From NCBI GenBank assembly GCA_902785135.1, contig CACZXL010000002.1, positions 10,710 to 74,709 on the forward strand: DNA of 64,000 nt. The letters run 5' to 3'. Shown in pieces: positions 13,001 to 20,800 of this stretch. Both the position numbers and the translations under genes were made by a program. Under the pieces are notes generated by a model. That model was not told where the DNA came from. It worked only from the letters and a program-made list of their open reading frames with translations, and did not search any database. Position 1 is the stretch's first letter. Every line of letters begins with the position of its first letter. The stretch is from an uncultured Erysipelotrichaceae bacterium. Its GTDB lineage: Bacteria > Bacillota_I > Bacilli_A > RF39 > UBA660.

Positions 13001-16000
13001 CTCTCATCTTCTTTAATCTTAAAATATTACCATTCTTATCTCTAACAGAGAATTTAGCAGTATCTAATAACTTAGTATTTTCATTTAATAAAGTTTGATC
13101 TTCTTTTGTATAGTATTTATAAATATCATCTTTTTCTAATAATAATTCTGTAGGTTCATTAGTTAAACTTACAATATGAGCTGCACCTGACATAGTAGTT
13201 TTTGGTATTACAAATTCTACAGATTGTTCAGCTGAAGGTTGATAATAACCACCTGGTGCATTTACTTCTACAGCTACATACTTATAATCAACAGGTAGAT
13301 ATCTCATTATTACACTACCTTGATATGGATGTAAATCTTTAGTAGCACCAGTACTACTATTTAACTTAGAATACTTATATACTTCCTTCCCTGGATCTTC
13401 AGTATCACCTGTTATAGTTCCTCTAGGAGAGAAATACACTAAAGTACCATTCTCTTTAGTACAATTTGTTACTGTTTCAGGACATTGATATATATTAAAT
13501 ACAGTTTCTTCACTATCTGCTTTTTCATTAGTTTGAGAATCTAATTTCCAAACTTCAAATCTAGTTGGTGTATCACTAATTGTACCTTTTGTACCAGTAG
13601 AAACTGATATACTACCTGGTTTATTTTGTGGAATTGTGTATGTTACTGTTGGATGAGGATTTGGTAAAGTATAAACTGTATATCTAGGAACAGATACTTC
13701 TTCTACAGTATAACTTCTACCTCTACATAAATTTGTTATATGTATATTACCACCACAAGTATTAAGAGTATCTACTCCAACACTTGAGTTACCTGGAACA
13801 TATCTATATTCTGCATAATCAGTACTTGAATTAGTACATGTTCCATGATTACCAACTTTAACAAGTTTTAAATAATTACCTCTATCATCTTTTAACTTAA
13901 ATCCAATTCTATCAAACGCACTAATTTCTTCATTATTTTCAAATTTTACTTTATCTGAAGCATTAAAATAACTATATATATCAGATTTTGTAAAATGTAT
14001 TTCTGTTCTATCATTTGCTAAACTTTGAGTAGCATTAACATGTGTAGTACAAGATGTTGAATTAGAATCAGCATTAGAACATTCATTTATAGTAAATTGA
14101 TGAGTAGAATTATTAGAATAACTTGGATAATAATAACCTGTTCCTCTACATGCATTATTAAATGTATCTGTACAACTATCAGTTGTATTTTCTTTTATAC
14201 TATAAGTTCCTACAGGTAAATGGTATACAACAATTTGTTTACTATTATTAATAAATAAATCTGTATAAGTAGTTCCTGTTGTAGGATCTATTCCGTTTCC
14301 AGAATATTCATATGAACCATCTGAATTTTGTCTAAAACTTAACTTTGTACTACCAGAATATATATTAAATGGTATTTTCTTTAATTCCGCTAACGAATAT
14401 GAATCATCACCTGTTGTAATTGACTTAGTAAATACAAACTTAGTTGGTTTATTATCAAATACAGTTGAATTTGTAAAGTTTATTCCTGCTGTTATATTTT
14501 TTGAAGCAGATGTACCAAAAGCATGGTTAGATGCTGGATGAGTTTCTACTACAGTATATGTTCCAGATGGTAAACCAGTTATACAAGCTTCACCTTTTCC
14601 TCCAATTGCACCTGTAGTTATTTCTGTTCCACTACCATTTACAGAACTATATTTGTAACAAGTTTTAGATACTCCAGCAGAATCAATTAAAGTTTCAGTT
14701 CCATTAACAACTACATACTGATTACTAGAATTTCTAACTTTAAATCTAGCGGCTGTTCTTTTATTAGTACTTCCACTTGTATTTCTTTCAACTTCTTTAA
14801 ACCAGTTAATTACATATTTATAGTTTGAAAACTCTATTGCAGTAGCTGTACAAGCTGAAGCATCAGTTTTAGATGCATTCTTTGTCATTAATGTAGGAGT
14901 AACTGTTTTTGATTCTGATGATTTTTGATATCCAGAAGCTGCGCCACTTTCTGTTACTGTTCTTTGTGAATTATCAGTACCAGTAAAGAAATAAGCATAT
15001 CCATCACTACCAGATGTCTTAGTAGCTGCATTATCAGCATAAGAACCTGTACCAGTAAATGTAAATCCACCTAAATATGTATTCCTTCCAGCCTTAGCTT
15101 CATTCGCATCTTTCTTTCTAACTCTAAAGCAATAATATTGTCTATGATCATCAACATTTGTATTACTACAAGATCCTTCTGTCGCAGATACTGCTATAAA
15201 TTCTCCTTCATGAGAATTCCACATACCACTAGTTCCATTAGCAGATGTTTCTTTTACATAATATGTACCACCAGATTGTAATCCTTCAAACTTAGCAACA
15301 CCATTTCCATCAGTTGTTTTTGATATACCCATGGATGCTTTTGAAGAGTTATATAATTCAAATGTAATACCAGATATTTTTCTATTAGTATCATCTGAAT
15401 CTCTTTTTGTTACCTGTGTACAATATACTTTATGAGTATTAGTAACAGTCGCGGTCGTATAATACATTCCTTCTGAATCAGTAGATGACGATTCAGAGAG
15501 AGTTACCTGACCATAATATTTACCACCAGACATCTTCTCATTAGAATATGACGTATGATAATTATCTTCTACGTCTGTACCTGGAGTACCATCACCATTT
15601 TCATGAACACAATAAGTTTTACCTAATTCTAGGAAAGCTCCTTGTGAAGAATTCCAACCTAAATAATATCTATTAGGTGTACTTGCACTTGTACTTCTAA
15701 CTGAATCAGATACTTTAGAACCTATTGTAGTACAATCTCCACTAGCACCTACATTATATAATTCAAAGGAACGCGCTGTATTTTCTGCAGGACTATGTGT
15801 TTTATCTACTTGAACATATCCTGTCTTTTTACCTTCGTAACTTACTTTTATATACGCATCACCATATTGCGTAGTGATTTGATCAGTAGTAAGTCTTAAA
15901 AGCATATAATCGTCGCCTAATTCTTCTAGGTATACAGATACATGCATATTAACATCCATTCCTACAGTATTTCCAACCTCTTGACATGGCATTGGAATAA

Positions 16001-17180
16001 ATGCAGGAGAAAAAGCAATACCATAATCATTAGCCATTCCTAATTCATTTAATGCATTAAGTTGGAATGCAAACGGATAAAAATGCATAGTGTTATCTAA
16101 ACTTCCACCACTAGTTAATGTTGAATAATATCCACTTTGATATTCACTAGAATACCAATAATATGTTCTATCATATGCAGCTTTATTATCTCCAACCCAA
16201 CCAGTTGTAATCTGTTTAGTACCATTAATAGTAGTACACCAATCTAAATCCATATCATCAAAACAATATCTAAAATATCCTGCAGGAACATAACTACCTA
16301 ATGACATACCAGAATGTAACAAGTTTAGTTTAGGTGAAACATGTCTTTCATCTAACGGAATTGCATTCATACTACTTACAGATATAGGTCCATTTAAAGC
16401 AGATACTTTAGTAAAGAAACTAAATTTATTATTTAATTCTATATTAATTTTATTTACTAATATTGGTGTAATCTTAATTGATACTTTACCATCTTTTATT
16501 GAATAGTTTTCTTTAGCAACTTCTTTTTTACTACCATTCAAATATATTTTAAAATCATCTTTTTTAACATCTTTACCAAACACTTTTTTTATAGTAAAAC
16601 TTGTTTCATCACTTCTACCATCATAATAAACTGTTTTAGAACTAGTAAAAATATTTTTTGATTTAATATTTATTTTTACTCTTTTGATATCTTTTTTTTC
16701 CATTCTAGTATCAAATTGTACTTGAACCGGAATTTCTTTTTCTTTTTTATCCTTGTAATATGAGAAAGGTATTTTTACAACATGAGTTTTTTTATCATAT
16801 GTACAATCTTTTAAAGTATTTCCATAAAAATCATTTAACGCAAATGTATAATTCTTAATACCTTTAACATATGATTCGTTTAAGAAATTAGATATATCAG
16901 CATATAAATAATTACCTTTTTTAGTTAATGGAATTGCTTCATATGTTCTATAAATAACTCCCTTACCATTATAATTTCTTAAAATTTCATAAATAGTATC
17001 ATCTTTTTTAACAACATTTTTATCTGCTATTGTATATAATACTTTTAAATTATATTTACTATCTTCTACAACTAAATCTTTTTTAAATTTTTTATTTTCA
17101 TTTATTTGTACTAAAAAGAAGCAAAATATAGCTAATAACAATAAAAGAAAAATACTTATTCTTATTTTTCTATTCTTCAT
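7002..17180 (-). CDS. giant (3392 aa) cell-surface adhesin with tandem Cna-B-type (prealbumin-fold) domains and a C-terminal sortase-type sorting signal (NIQTG variant)
   Basis: Signal peptide MKNRKIRISIFLLLLLAIFCFFLV. It has many Cna-B-like segments (VKETSANGTSG..., YLPAGYKYVLVETTAPNGYY) and about 8 tandem ~300-aa modules, each carrying ANWNWQGHPYV, NTPTR, a conserved Cys pair (YQC....C) and GKEVYKYSKLN. The C-terminus NIQTGQTRVR-YALVIGFVTALIAVLLIL-KRKMNK is a hydrophobic anchor plus a positive tail. Confidence 0.85.
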   Translation of the reverse strand: MKNRKIRISIFLLLLLAIFCFFLVQINENKKFKKDLVVEDSKYNLKVLYTIADKNVVKKDDTIYEILRNYNGKGVIYRTYEAIPLTKKGNYLYADISNFLNESYVKGIKNYTFALNDFYGNTLKDCTYDKKTHVVKIPFSYYKDKKEKEIPVQVQFDTRMEKKDIKRVKINIKSKNIFTSSKTVYYDGRSDETSFTIKKVFGKDVKKDDFKIYLNGSKKEVAKENYSIKDGKVSIKITPILVNKINIELNNKFSFFTKVSALNGPISVSSMNAIPLDERHVSPKLNLLHSGMSLGSYVPAGYFRYCFDDMDLDWCTTINGTKQITTGWVGDNKAAYDRTYYWYSSEYQSGYYSTLTSGGSLDNTMHFYPFAFQLNALNELGMANDYGIAFSPAFIPMPCQEVGNTVGMDVNMHVSVYLEELGDDYMLLRLTTDQITTQYGDAYIKVSYEGKKTGYVQVDKTHSPAENTARSFELYNVGASGDCTTIGSKVSDSVRSTSASTPNRYYLGWNSSQGAFLELGKTYCVHENGDGTPGTDVEDNYHTSYSNEKMSGGKYYGQVTLSESSSTDSEGMYYTTATVTNTHKVYCTQVTKRDSDDTNRKISGITFELYNSSKASMGISKTTDGNGVAKFEGLQSGGTYYVKETSANGTSGMWNSHEGEFIAVSATEGSCSNTNVDDHRQYYCFRVRKKDANEAKAGRNTYLGGFTFTGTGSYADNAATKTSGSDGYAYFFTGTDNSQRTVTESGAASGYQKSSESKTVTPTLMTKNASKTDASACTATAIEFSNYKYVINWFKEVERNTSGSTNKRTAARFKVRNSSNQYVVVNGTETLIDSAGVSKTCYKYSSVNGSGTEITTGAIGGKGEACITGLPSGTYTVVETHPASNHAFGTSASKNITAGINFTNSTVFDNKPTKFVFTKSITTGDDSYSLAELKKIPFNIYSGSTKLSFRQNSDGSYEYSGNGIDPTTGTTYTDLFINNSKQIVVYHLPVGTYSIKENTTDSCTDTFNNACRGTGYYYPSYSNNSTHQFTINECSNADSNSTSCTTHVNATQSLANDRTEIHFTKSDIYSYFNASDKVKFENNEEISAFDRIGFKLKDDRGNYLKLVKVGNHGTCTNSSTDYAEYRYVPGNSSVGVDTLNTCGGNIHITNLCRGRSYTVEEVSVPRYTVYTLPNPHPTVTYTIPQNKPGSISVSTGTKGTISDTPTRFEVWKLDSQTNEKADSEETVFNIYQCPETVTNCTKENGTLVYFSPRGTITGDTEDPGKEVYKYSKLNSSTGATKDLHPYQGSVIMRYLPVDYKYVAVEVNAPGGYYQPSAEQSVEFVIPKTTMSGAAHIVSLTNEPTELLLEKDDIYKYYTKEDQTLLNENTKLLDTAKFSVRDKNGNILRLKKMRDGVFRYLPFGEYSDTTGTTTEINTYNGKLLVTHVRREETYYIEEVKTTTPAHFALPTNVPAPSDKPANWNWQGHPYVKYTLPKYKPTDLMGYSELVRVISNTPTRVVFTKVDVLTNEPVMTEDMSFEVYQCPDTVPLCTKSQGTLIYFTPREEIRSSENIDAGKEAYKYSKLNSSTGAVSTLHPFVSDHSSELILRYLPAGYKYVLVETTAPNGYYQPNDEDRETPFTVNTDNIVNNTNVPNTPTEITFMKSDLYDYYDENDINTENGTVKLFDTAKFVLRDENGNILRLTETNERGIYNYAAICDSTPEDCSIQTYNGVLKVRYLDRGSLTTTKKYYIEEISTTTPEHFILKTDVEEPNPKPANWNWQGHPYVKYEVPAIYVPTAQVIKVMDNTPTRVVISKVNREDYTDLIDDTKTTYKIYQCKSEDECSESDDRKLMRFEQETTISGEVVYKYSKLNNGTVNSLHPYNQGKLILYYLPSNYKYVIIETKAPDGYYEPLNRETYFTVSKHTTNDVSLNNTNIPNDPTKIYFNKDDIYKYYNNTDQARINSDEKLLDTAKFVLRDENGNILHLKKVRDGLYRYIPVNSNNTEEEINTYNGRLTITHLLRTKKYYLEEVKTTNPKNFILPKNVPEPTNKPANWEWQGHPYVEYNVPEYLPDNEADVTNLIENTPTRIKFVKIDEKTSEVILDEKTTFNVYMCNTDECGINDRTLIYFEPRGTITGDNEDDGKEVYKYSKLNASTGGVKDLHPFNGEVILRYLPGDIKYVLVETVAPDGYYNPNGGNEETFFEVSSSVLDTHHNVRNKATKIILNKADIYGYYDNTDVVSSTDNTKIFDTAEFIIKDKDGNVLNLKKVQDGEYRYIPVNDDNNVQRMKTKNGTLIVTHLYRDSKYYIEEVSGTNPKHFVLEPNHPEVEYNIPIFVPDDSLVTKVIQNKPTRIVFNKLDARTNRKVDDEKTTFNIYRCLSTEENCTKNNGELVYFTPRGTIAGDIEDPGKEVYKYSKLNSRTGAVKDLHPYQGELILRYLDANYKYIAVETVAPDGYYNPTDANDTTVGLIADNNTTTSKDVINDYTQIFFNKEDIYKYYNKNDRLSLQDSSPKVLDTAEFVLRDKNGNIVNLKDEYGTCEYRYIPVNSENTIQRIHTCNGSLKITHLYRTEKYYIEEVKTTTDENFILPTTVKKPEGIPSGWNWQGHPYVQYNIPENIPADNADVTEVISNKPTRIAFAKRDKRTNEIVDDDKTTFNVYKCATDECLANGRTLVYFTDRALIEGDQEDPGREVYKYSKLNEINVKDVHPDGGLLVLRYLPAGDYVLVETVAPDGYYNPTSGVNDETLFTVRGTSHDSNNDYIEIDENVENTPTEIIFKKSDFYKYYKINDKATLDEDILLFDTAKFVLRDEEGNILDLKYTETNEEEGNVYRYLQIDNDNQYERINTYKGKLKITNLYRNKTYYIEEVQTTIPGNFILPNYFRYEGLPFDNKGHPVVKYVLKDTEPEDKESVTREIENIPTRVKLEKRDSKYNYLIPDETTTFELYQCDSECHPTDYTSIEERSNHNIRLVYFEPRAILERSDGTTDVAEDKGIEVYKYSKLNSSTGNVVKDLHPDKGQLILRYLPSGYTYVLVETVSPKEYSLPEGRHAETIFTVDQEKVEVEEVNVANKPVSLLIRKYAQDGETLEGATFTISEAKTCNMDIPANKVETNGILLLKTIRDGVYEARETGDTKEFRTCQDRPGALCNDINSSLTYDTNDVSYVGTSADFNTLLNSRLEHVQIQKGEALIQYLTYGKCYVIEEIKAPKGYELPEKEEDRFVMVKVTDKEQIFDTYEELINKPSTFTFYKYDEYNNPLDGGKYKLQKLNKDKKYIDIPVSLTESDDGEYYYKIDNSSNNYIMDTTNGKATVYLLEEGQYRILEVEAPEGYELPKKTINVATFFVDEDGRIFGSSVIANKPKTEKIVILPKSSAELIVNIQTGQTRVRYALVIGFVTALIAVLLILKRKMNK
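8000..13600 (-). repeat. about 8 tandem, diverged ~0.9-kb coding repeats (adhesin modules) inside the giant gene; boundaries approximate
   Basis: Protein-level periodicity of the motifs FTK.D.Y.YY / NTYNG.L.VTH / WNWQGHPYV / NTPTR / YQC / GKEVYKYSKLN / LRYLP..YKYV.VET.AP.GYY. Confidence 0.6.
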
Positions 17181-17781
17181 ATTTTACCTCCTCTTGTAAA
17201 TCTATACTAGATTCATTATTACTACCATTATAGTTTTTTAAATAATCATATTTTAATGAACCCTTTTTTAAAGCCTTTATTTCAATTGCTTTTATTTTTT
17301 CTTTTTTATTACCACTTGGATATCCATTGCATGTCCATTCTAACCATTTGTTTTTTTCATTATAAGTTCTATAACAAACATCAAACTTTTTATAAATATC
17401 TTCTGTCGATCCAATTTTAATTCCATTTATCACATTAGTATTTAATTTATCCCCAAAAGAATATTCTTCTGACCATTTATTTTTATTATTAAATAATCTA
17501 TATCCTATTTTACCCTTTTTATTAGTTTTAGCTTTTACTTGAATATTTAATATTTCATCTTTTTTATTTCCAGAAGTTTCACCATTTTTATACCATTTAG
17601 TCCATCCATTTTCTTTTGTATAAGTTCTATAATAAACTGTAACTTTATTAGAATTATTTATATTAAAAATAATTAAATTTATTAAACTAGAAACTAATAC
17701 TAATAACGCAACAATTAATAAACAAAATTCTTTTTTTGATAATACCTTTTTCTTATTATTCTTTTTAGTCATAAATAGCAA
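17170..17781 (-). CDS. membrane-anchored protein with two ChW (clostridial hydrophobic-W) repeats
   Basis: N-terminal TM, then two copies of YRTY..(E)(N/K)GW..W..NG..SGNKK..I.(A)I.IK, which resembles the ChW repeat. Its 3' end overlaps the start of the giant adhesin gene by 11 nt. Confidence 0.55.
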   Translation of the reverse strand: MLFMTKKNNKKKVLSKKEFCLLIVALLVLVSSLINLIIFNINNSNKVTVYYRTYTKENGWTKWYKNGETSGNKKDEILNIQVKAKTNKKGKIGYRLFNNKNKWSEEYSFGDKLNTNVINGIKIGSTEDIYKKFDVCYRTYNEKNKWLEWTCNGYPSGNKKEKIKAIEIKALKKGSLKYDYLKNYNGSNNESSIDLQEEVKYEE

Positions 17782-17852
17782 CTTCCTTCCCTATTTTCCC
17801 ATAATAACATTGTACTATTTTTTAGTATAAAAGTAAATGAAAACAAAAGAAA

Positions 17853-17874
17853 AAAACGAGTTTTTTCTCGTTTT
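17853..17874 (-). terminator. rho-independent terminator enclosing the stop codon of the 1505-aa gene
   Basis: AAAACGAG tttttt CTCGTTTT hairpin followed by a T-tract on the minus strand. Confidence 0.45.
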
Positions 17875-20800
17875 AATCTATTATATTTTTACTAGAAATT
17901 GTAATAACTGGTCTTACTTCTTTTTCTTTGTTTCCAGAGTCTGCGAGTATAGATGCTACATCACTACTAATTGATGTTAAATATGTAGATAATTTATTAA
18001 CATCTATATTAGTTTGAACACCATAAACATCATGTTCAATCTCTGAATTAACCGCATTCATTAACCAGAAATCATTATTAAATAGCCATGATTTATCACT
18101 TAAATTTAATGATTCTAAATATTCATAATCTTCAAATGTAAATAATCTTACTTTTGATGTTACATATACTCCACTAGTACACATACCTTTATCAATTGTA
18201 GTACCACCATAAGAAGCACCTTCAAGTGACGAAGGATCATCACAAACTACTTGATCTTGTAATACAGTCTTATCAAGTGAATTCTTACTAAACCAATCAT
18301 TATTTATATAATTATTAATCTTAGATTCACTCCATTTATAGATACTACTATCAGTATGATTCATCTTCTTTTGAATTGTTTCAGAATCCGCAAGTAGTGT
18401 TAAAACTTGATCATTATTTTCTTCATCATTAACAGTTTTAATAACATGCCAGTTAACACCTGCATAATTAACTTCATCTCCTATTTCATATTCATTTGGA
18501 GAGAATTCTTTTTCTTTAGCTAATTCTACTGGTATATATTCTTCCATATTTAATATAGAAACTGTATTAATAAACGCAGTACCTGTTTCTCTTTCAGGCA
18601 TATAAAGCATTATTTGTAGATAAACTGATTCACCTGGTTCTATTACTTTGTTAGATAAAGCTGTTGATTGAAGAACTCCCCCTACAACAAACCAATCTTT
18701 ATTATATGGGTCAGTTGAATCAAAAATCAATCCATCTGGTATATCTTCTTGAACCAATTTAACGTACCCTGGTCTATAAGAATCATTAGTAATCTTAATA
18801 CCATAGTATACTTTAGCATTCGCATGTAATGTATTTCTAACATTAAGTAATACAGTTGATTCATTATTATAATTTGTTGTATCTATTGTATTATTATAAT
18901 TTAAATCTATTTTAGTAATGTATTTATTAATATCAAAACCAAATATTCTTCTTCTAATAAGCCCCATATCCATATTAGTAAATTTAGTTGTTTCTTGAGT
19001 AACATTTATACCATTAGATTCACCATTAACAGGTTTACTTATAATTTCCGCTAAACCTTCATCAATCTTATATGCATCTGAATCTATTGATGTATCTTCT
19101 GTACCATAACGAAGTGCGACATCATATTGAGCATTTTTATATTTAATTCTTACTTTGTATAAACCAATATCTAAATCTTTAAACTCATAATAACCATTTT
19201 TATCAGTAGTAACTGGTTCTGCTGCTCTTTTAACTTTTCCATCTTCTATTTTATAAATATTAACAATTAAATTTGGTACTAGTTCTTCATTATTTTGTCT
19301 AACACCATCTTCATTATCATCTATAAATACTCTTCCTGAAATAGTTCTACTAATAATACTATATGTAATTTTATTTGATGTTTTCTTTTCTAAATCTTCA
19401 CTCTCACCAGAAAAATCATTTATATATTTGTTTCCAAACTTATTATTTGTAGGTCTAATAGATATTCTTATTCCATCAATTGTTTGATTATTTTCAATAT
19501 CTAAACCTTTTATTCTAATTGCAGTCGAAGATGTATATTCATCAAAGTTACATGCTTCAAATTCTATATCTTCATTCTCTATATCACCTATTATTGTCTT
19601 TGAATCTAAATTACTACATAGTAATTCTACATCAGATAAATTTGATGGTACCGATACTTTTACCTCATAATTACCATTAACAACAGATCCTCTCTCATCT
19701 TTATCATATGGTAGTATATCAGTAATAACAAAATCATTTACATCATTACCAGTATTATTAAATGCACTTAAAATATAACTAAATTCAGTATCTTTATCAA
19801 TAACACTAGATCCTTCTTGTCTTTGAGATAACATTACTGTTTGTGAACTTGTTCCATAAATTGTAAAAGGAGTTATTTTTGAATATATTTCACTTGAATC
19901 ATGTTCTCCATTAATATTTATTGGATCAATACTAGAAGTAACTGTAATAGGTATATTTTCTCCATTAAAACTAGTCTTTAATTTAGCATTAAAGTATATA
20001 TCATCAATCGCTATATTAGGTTTAGCCCATGGAAGTACATATACTAAATCAGTATAACTACCATTTACTACTACTTCTGGACTTCCTAATGAAGCATCTG
20101 GAATATAATCTAAATATTCATTAGGTATTTTAACAGTAATTCTTACATCTTTTATGAACCAAGAATCATCTGCCCCTACTTTATTATTTAGATCATCTAT
20201 ATAAGTAGATAATTTATAATTAATTATTTCATCTTCATCAACATTATAATTAACTTTAATTGAATCATCTGCTTTTTTATTTGTAACAGTTAAACTTTGT
20301 CTAACAGTATAATTAACTATTCTTAAAGCATCACCGTATTGCTTAGTACTATGTAAATCAACAGTATCTCCAGTAATTGTAGGTTTAATATAGTTATTAG
20401 GATTTAAAATATTAGAAGTAACATATTCTTCATCTATAGAAGGTACATAATAATATAAATTAGAATCAGTATCAGATGTAGATGCGACTACTGATGCTTG
20501 ATATGTTCTTGTTATATCTGGTACATTCTTTACTCTTAAATATACTAAAACAGTCACTTTAGCATCTTCTGGTAGTTTAATACCTTCCTTAGTTTGAATA
20601 ACTATTTTTGTTATAGGTATTTCATTATTTTCATCATCTCTAGCATCCCTAATCTTAGAAAAAGTTAATTCTTGATGTTCAGAATTAGGTTTAATACATG
20701 GTCCACCATATATATTCATTATTTGATCTTTATTTAATGTAGATAAATCAATATTAGAACATTGCGGAATCGCTAATTCTTGATCTTCTTGACTTAATCT

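Noticed and set aside
7002-17180. Thioester domain (TED) in the giant adhesin, because of the recurring Cys
   Set aside because: The conserved cysteines occur as YQC....C pairs. The CxQ thioester motif is absent, so Cna-B-type modules with disulfides are more likely.
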